Of a DNA stretch of 64,000 bases, positions 1 through 12,789 are shown in pieces; positions within the stretch are counted from its first letter, which is position 1, and every line of letters starts with the position of its first letter. The translations under genes and the position numbers were made by a program. The DNA is from Octopus vulgaris (Eukaryota): positions 89,714,001 through 89,778,000 of the forward strand of contig OX597819.1 of NCBI GenBank assembly GCA_951406725.2. The letters are read 5' to 3'. The notes beneath the pieces are model-generated. The model made no database searches, had not been told where the DNA came from, and saw only the letters and a list, made by a program, of their open reading frames with translations.

Positions 1-180
1 TGTTTATGGAACATCAACAGTTGCCAGGATTCTTCAGTTGCAGACATCCACTAGGGACATAACAGCTGAATCTCACAGATGAGATGTCCTCTCAAGGTAA
101 ATAATGCAGTATTCGATGTTCTAACACAACATCCACATTAAGTTCGATTGCCTTTTGGTATAATACTGCTTCCATCACTG

Positions 181-184
<4 letters not shown>

Positions 185-245
<61 letters not shown>

Positions 246-310
246 CATATACATATATATATATATATATACATACGCACACACACTCATGTACATATAT
301 ACATATACAT

Positions 311-363
<53 letters not shown>

Positions 364-384
364 TAGATAGATAGATAGATAGAT
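185..384. repeat. Compound (TA)n/(GATA)n microsatellite, representative of dozens in the window
   Basis: Others include (TA)n at 1605, 11529, 14861, 29990-30165, 40988, 41692, 44925, 49043; (TAA)n at 3678, 12685, 26355, 55400; (CTT)n at 49800; (GA)n at 17328, 19025; (TACA)n at 42741, 49261, 54983, 57318; (GAT)n at 63748. Confidence 0.98.
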
Positions 385-633
385 TGTCAATTCGAGGAAG
401 TTAAGTCCACATTAAGGGTTATATAAACCAAAAGATTCCACTGGTTAATCACTATCATATAATGCAAAAATATCTGCAATATGTTAGGGATTATTATAGT
501 AATACATATAATTAACAATGAAAGAAAGTAAATGGACAAAGATGGATGTATGAATAATTTATTTGTATGATATAAAAGATGTTGAAATTTTTTAAAAGCA
601 TAACAATACAAAACAAATGTAAACAATAACAAC

Positions 634-945
634 AATAACATGAGCACTCAGAGAGCGCAAACCTCCACCATGGCAACACCAACGTCCTCTTGATGATTAG
701 CCAGAGAGGATATTTAAAATGAGAATATCTGAAATAAACATGACTGTTCTTACAAACAAGAACACTAAAATTGAACTCAATCGCTCTCAAAAATTAAGTA
801 AAATAAACGCGGGAAAATTATCCAGAATCCTTGTCCGGTACTGGATTGATCCCAAAATCTAATGAGTTTATGGCAGTCATGAGGCCAGACATCTCTGAAA
901 GTTTCATCCGAATCCATCCAACAGTTCTTGAGATATCTTGTCCGT
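634..945. mobile_element. Non-autonomous Helentron/Pearl(CvA)-like repeat fragment
   Basis: Contains the 'cactcagagagcgcaaacctccaccatggc' subterminal motif and the 'aagtttcatccgaatccatcc..cagtt..tgagatatc' core typical of mollusc HINE/Pearl-like elements. Confidence 0.4.
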
Positions 946-1601
946 GTTGGCAACAAAAGGACTCTCTCACAGAGTGAAAGGTAGATTGCATGATGCTTGT
1001 GTATAAACGGCTATACGCCATGGTTTGAGACCTGGGCTCTGAATGCAGAAAACTTATGTAGGCTAGAGATGAATGAAGGTAGTATGCTCCATTGGATGTG
1101 CAACATCAGTGTGCATGTATGACAGTGCAAATGTGATGTGAGAAAAGTTGGGCATAAGAAGAATTAGATGTAACATGGAAGAAAGAAAACTACATTTGTC
1201 TGGACTTGTGATGCATGTCCTCACCCTCTCTTCTTCTTCCTGTAAGGCCTCTTGGGCATTGACGCCACTGACCCTTTCTTTCCATTCACCTCATTCCCAC
1301 AAATCAAATAATTAGTTTCATCTTTCATTAAAGACTTATAATAGATCACCTTCCATGTAGAACTAGCAATGGAAAGTGTTCATTAGGTTGCAAGTGGTAC
1401 TACTTCATTCACATAATGATGAATGTTTGATAGCCTGGAATTAATGATCAGCAGTAAGCAATTTCTGATGATGCATTGTTACAATATGTACCTAGTTTGT
1501 TTATTTCATATTCCAAGCAGCTAAAAGGACTGTGGTTTAACCACGGGACCTAATTACACAGCAAGACTAAATATATATTTATTAAAGTGATGAGTAAGCT
1601 T

Positions 1602-1671
<70 letters not shown>

Positions 1672-2334
1672 TTATGAGAGAGATAAAAAGAGAGGAATGA
1701 GAAAGTAAAATATATTCACAACTCTACATTAGATGATGATCATGATGATATTAAAAATGATAATGCAGTGTGAATGATAACAACATTTATGACGTTGATG
1801 ATAACAATGATGATGACGACGACGATGATGATGATGACAATGTAGTCACATGATGTTAGTATATAAGTAACATATATCTATTCATTAATAATATATGAGA
1901 TAATAAGAAACCGTAGCTGTGTTAGTCAAAAATATAACAATTGTGTAAAGAGATAGTTTTTCCTTCTTTGTCTATTTATATCTATAAAATTATATATATT
2001 GACAGAAAACACAACAGACTATCCATAAACACTCTAGAGTTACAATGGCTGAATTCTGTAGTTTTGGAGGGGCGACAAAGAATAACCAAGTACATAAAAG
2101 AGAGAATGGAGTGAAAACAGGTGATTACAGATGTGGTGCCTAGACACATTGATTTCTCAGATTGGTATATAGCCATAACCTTGTAAGGAAGGAAAACAGT
2201 TAAATTACTAGCCTTCGTACCTGTCTGGTATTTGTTTTATAAATTCAAGAGAGACTATCGACGGTCTTGTATCATGGTAAGATTTATCTTAGAGTACAGT
2301 ATGACAATGTTTATAAGACTGGAGTTTGGTTTGG

Positions 2335-2752
2335 TATCATAGCAAGCTATGGGGGCATTGCTGAAAAATTCCTGGTTTGAAAGGTAACACAAAAGGCCTT
2401 GTTGGAGAGCCAACCTCCTGAGTTCTTTTACAGGACTTAGAAAAACTGAAGGATTGCTGCAATAAATGTGTGAATCTGAGAGGGGAATATATTGAATAAA
2501 ATCATAATTAACTGATCCTCCAGTATTTTCTTTTAACCAAAGCCAAGAATCTTTCAGAACCCCCTCATAGATTGGTTTGGTATCATAAAATGCTATGAGG
2601 TGGGTGCTGAAAAGTTCCTGGCTTGAAAGGTATTGCAAAAGGCCTGGTTGGGGACCCAAACTTTTGAGTTCTTTTACAGAGTTTAGAAAAACCGAGTTAC
2701 TGCTGCAATATGTGTGTGAATCTGAGAGGTGAATATGTTGAATAAAATCATA
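2335..2752. mobile_element. Two tandem degenerate mariner-type MITE copies
   Basis: TIR motif 'gtgctgaaaagttcctggctt … aaagcca(g/a)gaa..tttcag.acccc', shared with the copies at 48738 and 57584. Confidence 0.65.
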
Positions 2753-3427
2753 ATTATAGCATGCTAAATTACAGTATATCGATGTATCACTGTATCAACC
2801 AAATTATCCAATGTTGTTAACAATGGTCACAAAGCACTTCCTTGCATTGTCATAGCTTTCAAACGATGCCATTCTACTGGATAGGTAAGCCAATTGACAT
2901 ATAAGTGACCAAGATCATGACATTCCCCCAAAACGGGATACCAGTCCATCACAAGGTTTGCAACTTCATCATTTACAGCTGAGTGGACTGGAGCAATGTG
3001 AAATGAAGTGTGTGGCTCAAGAACACAATGCACTTCTTACTCTGGGAATTGAAGCCACTATCTTATAACAACACCTTAAACACTAGAACATGCTACAGTA
3101 TATATGGTATGATAAGTAATGGTCACCATCAACTAGCATGCAGAAGCTATGGAGGGCTGCTGATATTTTGCATTTGCAAGATTTTGGGTTAAGTCTGCAA
3201 AGCTCTGCAGTAAACATACCTCATTTTTAGCTGAGTGAACTGGAGAAACAAGAAATGAAGAGTCCTGCAAAATGTTCCACTACCCAGTTCAAGAACCGAA
3301 CCTACAACTTTACAATCATGAACCCAACAATCTGAATACAGTTACAGTGATCCTGTCTACTTAAAATGTTCTTTTGGTGTAGACTAAAGGACACCATTTT
3401 ATTACAGGAAAGAAAATAATAATAATA

Positions 3428-3676
3428 ATCATCATCATCGTTTAACATCCGCTTTCCATGCTAGCATGGGTTGGACGGTTCAACTGAGGTCTGGGAAGCC
3501 AGAAGGCTGCACCAAGCCCAGTCTGATCTGGCAGTGTTTCTACAGCTGGATGCCCTTCCTAATGCCAACCACTCCGAGAGTGTAGTGGGTGCTTTTTATG
3601 TGCCACCGGCACAGGTGCCAGACAAGGCTGGCAACGGGCCACGATTGGATGGTGCTTTTTACGTGCCACCGGCACG

Positions 3677-3677
<1 letters not shown>
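3428..3677 (-). mobile_element. 3' end of RTE LINE-derived repeat with (GAT)n tail
   Basis: Reverse complement of the 3' UTR at 21700-22058 ('tggcacgtaaaaagcacc' units, 'aaacgatgatgatg'). Confidence 0.65.
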
Positions 3678-3742
<65 letters not shown>

Positions 3743-3829
3743 TCATAATAATGATGATTTCTTTATTAACCACAAGGGTTTACACTAAGAAAAACATTAT
3801 GGACAGCACAGGACAAAACAAAGAATGTG

Positions 3830-5375
3830 TGTGTGTATGTGTTGTTCTGAGGGTTTTGCATGTAAACAATACTGATAAAATTTTTAAAAAAATCAACAAT
3901 GTGTGATTCTCAATAGGAAGAAGACATTCGAGGGCTGTGTGTCCACCTTTCAGCAAACTGGCTTGAAGACAACACTTCACTCTTTACTCTATTTTCCTTT
4001 TCAAATGAAACTTGAAACGGTTGATTAGAGATTGGCCAAAGAGAAAAGTGTTTGTCCTCACCCCTTCAATCCCATCCACCATACAACCTCTTTTGCCATG
4101 GCCACCAGGCATATAAACACAGCCTTTCCTTCTTGGTTAAAGGAAGGCGGCAGGGTGATGTTCATGATGGATTCAGTTGACAGCTGGATCCATCCCACAG
4201 GCAACAGCAAGCGTTTGACATAAACCCACAAGTCAGCAATGCTCAGGCACTGGACGAGTGCATGCAGGACTGTCTCATTGTCCTGCACACATCTTGGACA
4301 TGCTTGGATGATGGTACTTCCATGCCTGTAAAGTTTATCTTGAACAAGCAAAGCTCCCCAGTAGCACTGCTCGGCCAGAGATTTTTGGAAATTATCCATT
4401 GGTCCCGGGCTGAAAGTTCTCTGGAAAAGAGTGGCTAGCTGATCTTCTTTGACGTCCAAGGTCTCCCCAAGAAGGTTGTTGCACTTTTACTCCACTAATC
4501 CTTTATAAAAAGCTAATGTGGATGTTCACCTATCACTGTTCAATTGGCTGAGGGCTGTGAGCACTTGAAAACATTCCAATTTCCAAATATTTCCCCTTGT
4601 TTTCTGTTTTACCCAGAACTGCAGCTCTGTTAAAGAAACTAGCTGCGAAAATATGTGTCTGGCAAACAGCAACCACACCTGTTCACTGTCAAGGAAGCAC
4701 TGGAGATGTCATAGCCTCAGTGCATGTCTTCACATCATCAATCATGGCATGCCCAGACCACCACTTAGTAGGTGTTGACAGCAGATAGACCACCTGACCA
4801 TTGGGACACACCCCTTCCACAAGAAGCAGAAGAAAGATGTTCCAGCATAATCAGACAGTGGTCAGGACAAGGCATGATGGTCAAGAGATAGTAGATAATG
4901 GAACCGATATACACGTTAACTAACTCTGCCGGATCTTTCAGAGTTAGCTGCCTTGAGAATTGCTGCCGGGTACAAATGTTTACCTCTATCAAAAGCTTTA
5001 GACAGATCTAAATTGATCAGATCCCCACCTGTGCCAGGTTCTTTAGCCACTTTCTCAATGATATATCACATGAGGTGGAGGTTGTCATGGATGGATCTTT
5101 TCAGGATGGCACAAGTCTGTGCCTCCCCTACCAGATCCCCGACAACAAGCGCCAACTTTGTAGCTAACACCTTGGCCAAAACTCTGAACTCTGCGTTTAG
5201 TAGAATTATGGGCCTAAAGTTATCAATATAATCTCCCTTGTTTGGGTCTTTTCTCAGCAACACCACTGTTCTTTGGCTCACAAAACTGGGAATTCTCCCA
5301 TTCTGTTGCCAGTTGCAGTAAACATTTGCTAAGAAGTCACCGAACAAGTCTGGCATGTAAGTGTAGGGCCTGTAG
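3830..5375 (-). mobile_element. Degenerate L1/Tx1-clade LINE ORF2 fragment
   Basis: RT N-terminal 'LLRKDPNKGDYIDNFRPIILLNAEFRVLAKVLATKL' and C-terminal CCHC-like 'CPRCVQDNETVLHALVQC'; stops, frameshifts and an internal deletion. Confidence 0.85.
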
Positions 5376-6304
5376 GGCAGGTTGTCATTGTTGCCTCCAT
5401 CATCGCCTTTGTCATCATCACCACAGTCGTTGTCATTGTCATTATCATCATCACTGTCCTCATTATCATCATTATCACCATCATCACTGTCATTGTCATT
5501 ATCATTATCATCATCATCATCACCGTCATCATCATCAGTGTTTTAACTTCCACTTTTCTATGCTCACATGAGTTGGGCAGAATTTGTTGAGGTGGAACTT
5601 TTTATGGCCAGATGCCCTTTCTGTTGCCAACTCTTACCTGCTACCAAATAAGGTGATATGCCTCCCTGACCAGACACGTTTCCATAGATGATCAGAAATG
5701 AAGGACACTGTCTGCATGATAGCGATGCTTGTTTACAATTACCATGTGATATCCAGGCAAAAAGACAGTAACACACACACACACACCCACCCTTTATCTT
5801 CTACTTGTTTCAGTCATTTGACCGGGGCCATGCTGGGGCACCACCTTGAACAGTTTTTAGTCTTATGTTTTTAAGCTTAGTACTTATTCTATGATAGGCT
5901 TCTTTCTGTTTCCACCTATCAAATCCACTCACAAGGCTTTGGTTGACCTGAGGCTGTAATAGAAGACACTTTCCCAAGGTGCCATGCTGCTGGACTGAAC
6001 CCGGAACCATATGGTTAGGAAGCAAACTTCTTACCACACAGCCATGCCTACACCTACAAAAATCTTTTGGAGGTGTAGGCATGAATAAAATGAACAGTTA
6101 TTTTCTTGAAATAATATACTATACAGAGTGATAATTACTCCTTGTGGACCAAATATTCTGGTAATTTAAATAATTGTAACTTCTGTAGCATATAAACCTT
6201 AAAGAACTGCCATGTGCCGAGGGCTTCTCACTAATCACTCATAACATTGATTTTTCACACTAAGTAAAGTAGTAAGCCAAACAGAAATAAGGAGAATCTC
6301 TTAC

Positions 6305-6389
6305 CGAGCAGTTTTCTGTACTAATTCGAAAGGAAAGTCAGAACACAGCAGACAAATCAATGAATGGTATTCTTGTATGGTAAGTAAAT
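6305..6389 (-). CDS. CSTPP1: CSTPP1 exon 4 (DLLTIQEYHSLICLLCSDFPFELVQKTAR); gene continues off the left edge
   Basis: Acceptor atattttcAG, donor TCG|GTAAGA, 85 nt, phase 1 to 2. Matches human 'DLLTMKEYHCLLQLLCPDFPLELTQKAAR' (recalled). The next expected exon (IVLMDDA..) was not found in 1-6304. Confidence 0.95.
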
Positions 6390-7560
6390 CTGAAAATATT
6401 AATTTTTATGTATATAAGAAAAAGAAATAAAAAAAGATTAGAATTCTAAACAGCCTTTTACAAAATTCTTCATTTTTACATATACTATTGACAGAACAGT
6501 GTTATAGATTTTTTCTAAAAATCTTCAGTTAGAAATTTGAATCATAAACTAGAATGATTCTATGTTCAAGACATTAATTGGTGTTGCAAAACTGAAAAGA
6601 ATTTTGTCTGTTCATATTGTTATAAGGAGAAAGGGATGAAGAATAACAAGCAGATTTTACTTAGTCAAAGACCCAGACTTTAACACTTGCTGTGATGTTA
6701 GCCACCACACAGGATGATTCCCTACTGGTGATAGGTACAGACAGAAGCATTAACATTTATCTAATTAATACTGATTTATACACAACTTGAAGTGAATAGC
6801 TCTGTTGGTGATTTAGTTTTCATTTGGTCTTCATTCATTTGTCATGAATCCACAAAACTCAGCTATCAGAAGTAGACAGAAGAATGAAAAGAAGAAATGA
6901 GATTGGGGAAATTGGCATGGTTACAGAAGCAAAGGTGTTTGAATATACATAAGTTAGCAGGGGGTAAAGATGCTGTTTTGAAAGGGGGACTACTGAAAAC
7001 AGAGATGTATTATGAATGGCAAGGTACTGAAAGGCAGGTTCAGTATGCTGTTCTAGGATAAAAATGAAGCTGACAAATTCAATAGATTTGAAGTTCCATA
7101 TGTTTGGGGTGAAAAAAAACAAAAACAAAAAAAAAAAAAACAAGGTAATGGTGGAAACTTCTTGAGCCAAATATTTATGTTATTCTAAAGAATTTGGCAT
7201 TCTTAATTTATATTTGGGCTTTTTCATAAATTTCTATTTATTTGCACACCTTTTCAACGAATCTGGAAAATATAGAGTGAAATATGACAGTATTAACATT
7301 TTGACATACAATATATATTATTTACTCTGATTTGTTAGTTGTGTTGTGAGTTGTATCATTTTGTTACTTACTTGCTTGTTAGCCTATATTGAATTCAGTT
7401 TGAAAGAAACATAGTTCTTGATTTCTAATATGATTAATTAACACTTATATTTTGCTATTGATAAAGTATTTTTAATCCTTAGCGAAGATATTTACCATTG
7501 AAATGAATAAATGTCAGGCAGATTTTGTTAAGAAAGTTCCTAAATTAATAATATAAGGAG

Positions 7561-7596
<36 letters not shown>

Positions 7597-7834
7597 CAAT
7601 GGTCTTTGATGAAGACATATTGGATTCCTGGAAAAATTCATGGTTTTATCATAAAGGAATCAGAGAAAGCATTATAAATGAGGAAAAGTATTAAGACATA
7701 GAGTAAAAGTTCAAGCAGTAAAGAAGCTTTTAATTCAGTTAAAAAACAAAAAACAATTCAATAGCAAGCTCTTATGAAAAAGGAAAACAATTTTAATTTC
7801 TAAAAAAGAAACCTATAAGTTGATATATTTTTTG

Positions 7835-8450
7835 CATCTTATTAAATTTCTTCCAACAACTTGAAGTACTTCAAATTTACACTAAATTATTTTCAAAAGA
7901 ATTTAGTTTTGCATGCTGATGACAAAAATCTAGAACTTAATAATAAAGAAGTCAGAAGAATTTAAAGTTATGTTGTTTAAGCCAATTAGAAGCATCCATT
8001 GCTGATGTCAAAAGTCGCAACTGTTTAGTCTCATAGCAAAAGAAAATGCCTATATCTGTGTTTAAGTGAAAAAGCACATGGTTGGAAGGGAGTGCCCTTC
8101 ATCTTAGGAGCTTAATTTTGTGACTGTACTGCTAAGTGCAACAATCTTTTCTACTAGGAACAACAATTTACAGCCACCTGTGGTGAGTATACTTGCAAAT
8201 TCCTGAGATACCAGGCTACCAATTTCAACATTGAATGGTGAACCACAGTAGGCTTCTAATATGTCAGCAATGGAAGCTTCTGACTGACAAAAATTACATA
8301 ACATTAAATACCTGTAACCTCTTTAATTTCTAGAGAAAAAAAAAAATGAATGCAATTTTCTTCTTTAGCATGCAAAACTACATAAGTGAAGAAAATTTGA
8401 AAAATAATCTGAAATATTTCAACTGCTAGGAAAAAACTTTAACAAGATCC
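7835..8450. mobile_element. Old MITE with long degenerate inverted arms (possibly Kolobok-like)
   Basis: 'tagttttgcatgct' (about 7904) mirrors 'agcatgcaaaacta' (about 8367), and 'ttccaacaacttgaagtacttca' mirrors 'tgaaatatttcaactgctaggaa'. Confidence 0.45.
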
Positions 8451-9098
8451 TATTCGTTAAATATCTGATTTGATAATTGTAGTATCAGAATTAATAATAT
8501 ACCTATTGTGTAATTAAAAGAAATTGTCTCAGTTAATAATTCCTTTATTTTTGTTTTGTTTTTCTGATGACAATGACCATCTAGATTGTGGTAAAATATT
8601 TTCTTCAAGAATCTACCCATCTTTGATTTTTTTGCACTTTCCTACATGCAGGCATGACTATGTGTTTAAGATGCTCACTCTGCAACCACATGGTTTCAGG
8701 TTCAGTCCCAATGTATGGCACCAAGGATAAATGTCTTCTACTATAGCCCTGTGCTAATCAATACCTTGCTAATCAATACCTTGACTCATAAGGGCTGCTT
8801 TCCAAATTTCATGGTGTATATACTCCCCACCTAGACGGGATGCTGGTCTGTAATAAGATTACGATCATGAATCCAACACCCTGATCACTAAGTAACATGC
8901 CTCCACATCAAAATCTTGTGCATAAATGTGATAAACAGTAACTGTATGAAAGCCCAGTGTGTATATTTTGCCTAAAAAAAAAAATGAATCTACAAATACA
9001 ATATCCCTACACATCTCACATCTATTTTCTTTCTTCCACCTCACTCTCTATTTTGTATCTTATCTAAATTAACTATTATATAACCATCCTCTCACACC

Positions 9099-9146
9099 GT
9101 CTCCGATGAAAGGATATAATAAATATCCTGGAAACAGCTGTAAGAC
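9099..9146 (+). ncRNA. Minimal type I hammerhead ribozyme motif (Penelope-type), core CCGAUGA
   Basis: Stem I GUCU/AGAC; core CCGAUGA; stem II AGGAUAU-aauaa-AUAUCCU; GAAA; palindromic stem III ACAGCUGU; GUA cleavage triplet. Confidence 0.7.
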
Positions 9147-9404
9147 CTGTCTATAAATGTTCTAAAATCTACACAGCCTTGTATACACACACTGACATAT
9201 GACCAACGTTGAACCCCTTATTCGCATAATCATTGATCCTGAAACTTACCTATGGTCTATCTATAGCACTTATTCAGCATTACCTGACACCTTTGGGTCT
9301 CAATGACGCCATTACCTCTCATAACCTCTCTCTCTCTATATATATATATACATTTATATATTTATATATATATATAGCTAGATAGACAAGTTGATAGTAT
9401 ATCA

Positions 9405-9690
9405 TCATCATCATCATTTATTGTCTGTTTTCCATGCTGGCAAGGGATGGATGGTTTGATGGGAGCTGGTGGGCCATGATAAATAAGAAAGAGCTAAGAA
9501 GCAAACCCTGGTAGACTCCTACTTGTACACTAAACTCCTTAATACACTCATTGATGACTCTCACCTTACTAACAGCATCCCTGTACATGGCTTTAACAGC
9601 TCTCACTAACCACTTATCTATGCCTAGTTTCTGCATTACCCTCCAGATAAGGTCCATGTCAACAAAAGCCAGATATAGAGGTTTATCCAG
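9405..9690 (-). mobile_element. RTE LINE RT fragment joined to its 3' tail
   Basis: 'IWRVMQKLGIDKWLVRAVKAMYRDAVSKVRV…VGVYQG', homologous to 20476-20697. Confidence 0.8.
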
Positions 9691-10672
9691 GTTTTGTTGA
9701 CAGGCAAACCTCTGTACCTGGCTTAGACAGGTAGACAGTACATAAATCTGGCACCACCATCAACTTCTGTCAAGCCAAACCCATTCTTAGCCTTAATTGT
9801 TTCTTCTCTGATTAGATATTTTCAGTAAATCAGCCAGGTTACTTTGGGCTTTAATTATGCCAACATCTTTGTAGACCACATTGAGATATACTTTCTATCC
9901 AATTTACTCAGCTCACCCAAAGCAATACGGTCATTATATTGTTAATTACAATTGATATCACTTCACTCATCAGAGCTCTATTCAACTACTTAATCTCTGA
10001 CACCAATTCCTTTTATTTTACATTAGAATTTGGTATATCTGCAGGCATTTTAGACAACTGCTTTACTATTGACGACCTCTACCAGTCTCACTTCATCTAC
10101 TACAAACTCACTGACTCTTAATCCTAGCACAACTATTCCTTCACTCATCAACTCACAACCCAAATCTGCTATTCTGTTCTCTAATTCCTTTTTACTTTGT
10201 GTCACTAATTTGGACTTCAGCTTAATATGTGAAGAGCTGTGGCACTTTTCCATTACTTTGATCAATAAATCCTCTCCATACTTATTCTTCTTAATCGTCT
10301 TTCACCTCCAACGTAATTCTCCCCTTACTTCTCCATCTCTTCCTCTCTCTCACCCAGTACACCTCTCCTACACATTCGCAGACAATCTTCATTACCACAA
10401 GACTTCAGTAGCTAAAGGATACAATTTTCTTTTTCTCTCCAATGAAAGACTTGGTCTTAAATGTCAGAACTTTCATTTCCCAACAGAATATGAACAGAAA
10501 AAAAATGAAGTTTTATGTTACCAAATAAAAAAATATTTGCAGACATAGACTATCATTAATTTCTTTGGATTCTATTTTTCTTTTTTTTTACTCTATAATT
10601 ACTAGTGGCTTGGTAAACATATCTCACAAGATCAAGACACACAGACAGTGTCAGCTTGAACATGATCTAAGG

Positions 10673-10914
10673 CAGAGTTTCTCAACTAGGATCCATATAG
10701 GATATTTTGGTGTTAAAATTTATGTGCAATGAATTGGTTATACTTCTAAAATACACAAAAATATGTTAACAATTTCTTATACAATTCCTAATAATATTAA
10801 GTTATAAAAAAAATATAATTGGATTTTTTTAAAACATCAAATGGCTATGAGGGTCCACCTGAATAAAATAGGAATTCAGAAGGTCTATAGGCAAAAAATA
10901 GTTGAGAAACACTG
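10673..10914. mobile_element. hAT (Charlie-like) MITE
   Basis: TIRs cagagtttctcaac / gttgagaaacactg; degenerate 8-bp TSD atctaagg/ttcttagg; same family at about 24733-25043 and 56155-56409. Confidence 0.7.
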
Positions 10915-10984
10915 TTCTTAGGTTTCCCCTACATGGACAATCCATAGCCTTTTCAGGCCTACTCAGAAGATTTATTTTATTTAC

Positions 10985-11207
10985 TGCTTGGTTAGGAAGG
11001 GAAAGGCAGTGCCCGAGGCTTTTTGTTTTATTTTTCAGGAACTCTGATATATGTGGGAGAAACTAATCTTCAAATTGGAGTCCTGGCCTCAATGCTTGGT
11101 TAGAGAGGGAAAGACAAGACCCAAGACTCTTTGTTTTATTTTTCAAGGTCTCTGATACTTGTGGGAGAAACTAATCCTCAAACTAGAGACCTAGCCTCAA
11201 TGCTTGC
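10985..11207. repeat. Tandem duplication, unit about 108 bp
   Basis: Two diverged copies of 'tgcttggttag…gggaaag…ttgttttatttttca…gtgggagaaactaatc..caaa…gcctcaa'. Confidence 0.8.
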
Positions 11208-11255
11208 AACATAGTGAACTCTACTAAAGGCACTTAAGATGCTGGGTCTTGGTAT

Positions 11256-11468
11256 TAATTCTTTAACATTCAAACTATAATCACTATCTATAGTGCTTAC
11301 TTACTCATTGTTTTGAAATTAATCATGATTTATCTCATAGCTTCAAGATTTCGATGATTTGACTGTTTATTATTAGAATGACATTGTAGGGTAAGGTGTG
11401 AAAGGCTGGATCTGGTCAGTTTGAAAATTAAAAAGTTCGATAAGATTTGTTTAAATGCTAAAGGTTAA
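11256..11468. mobile_element. Degenerate piggyBac-like MITE
   Basis: TTAA-flanked inverted ends 'ttaattctttaacattcaaac' / 'gtttaaatgctaaaggttaa'. Confidence 0.4.
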
Positions 11469-11512
11469 ACTAGGTAATGGATCTGGTAGACGAAAACTGA
11501 AAGAAGCCTGTC

Positions 11513-11588
<76 letters not shown>

Positions 11589-12549
11589 ATATCGTTACAT
11601 ACCACCTGCCGTCGCTCAAACTCTTCGGAAACCCGGGACCCTACCAAGTCGAGCGACAACGATTGACCCGGCCCAGTTGAACGGAGAATTCGCCACACAG
11701 AGAGAGAGAGGACTCAGTGGGGGAATGGCAGCGAACACGACAACCGACGACCGGAGAGAACAACAACAACAACAGCAGGAAGAGACAGAGAGACACGGCA
11801 GAAGGCGATTGGCTTACATTTAAACACAGTTTATAACAATCATTACAACATCAAATACAACATCAAATACAGCAGCAGCAGCAACAACAACAACAACAAC
11901 AGCAACAACAGTAGCAGCAGTGGAGGCACAATGGCCCAGTGGTTAGGACAGCGAATTCGCAGTCATAAGAACACGGTTTCGATTCCCAGACCGGGCATTG
12001 TGAGTGTTTATTGAGCAAAAACACCTAACCTCCACGAGGCTCCGGCGGGGGGTGGGGGTAGTGGTGAACCCCGCTGTACTCTTTCACCACAACTTTCTCT
12101 CACTCTTTCTTCCTATTTCTGCCACAAAGCAGAGGAACCATCGTGTAACCCACTATGGGGTGGTAAACTTTCAGACCCTATTCTAGATTGCAAATCCTCT
12201 GTGCCCCAGGATGGTTTAGCTCTCCACCCGTTAAAAGTAACCATTTATGGAATGAGGATAACAAAGTAGCTTTCGCGCCCATGCAACTGCCAGGCTATCG
12301 CGTGTGGTGGGTGGATCTTCAAGTTGCCACACGCATTCTTAGTAGCTTAGAGTAGGCTCGAATTAGTGATTATTCTTTGTGGCTAATGGTGTGAGTCCTG
12401 ATTGGAAGAAGAAGAAGAAGAAGAAGAAGACAGCAGCAGCAGCAACAATAACAACAACAACAACAACACAACCAGCAACAACAACAGCAGCAGCAGCAAC
12501 AACAACAACAACAGTAGCAGCAGCAATAATAGCAACAATAATAACAAAC

Positions 12550-12680
12550 CTCCTTTCTTTCCAACTTGTTGAAAACATTTCCAGAACAATTTAATGAAAG
12601 ATTTTCTGTTGTGTAGTGTAGCATTAATGAATTCAAATTCTCGGAACATGACATGAGTACCATTCTTTACGCTCTGGAAA
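12550..12680 (-). CDS. CSTPP1: CSTPP1 exon 3 (FQSVKNGTHVMFREFEFINATLHNRKSFIKLFWKCFQQVGKKG)
   Basis: 131 nt, phase 2 to 1, acceptor ttattaatAG, donor GAG|GTTTGT. Partly visible in ORF 12383..12649. Strongly similar to human 'FNSVCQGTHILFREFSFVQATPHNRVSFLRAFWRCFRTVGKNG' (recalled). Confidence 0.95.
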
Positions 12681-12706
12681 CTATTAATAATAATAATAAT
12701 AATAAC

Positions 12707-12783
<77 letters not shown>

Positions 12784-12789
12784 CACTGG

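Noticed and set aside
387-6300. Search for CSTPP1 exon 5 (e.g. acceptor near 475, ORF 1982-2176)
   Set aside because: No frame gave the expected IVLMDDA/DF-like peptide; the exon probably lies beyond the window edge.
9700-10300. Possible additional L1/Tx1 remnant on the minus strand
   Set aside because: It has coding-like composition, but the motifs are too decayed to assign.
10430-10475. Possible further hammerhead remnant 'ccaatgaaagacttggtcttaaatgtc'
   Set aside because: Both core strands are mutated (no UGA or GAAA), so it is too degenerate to call.
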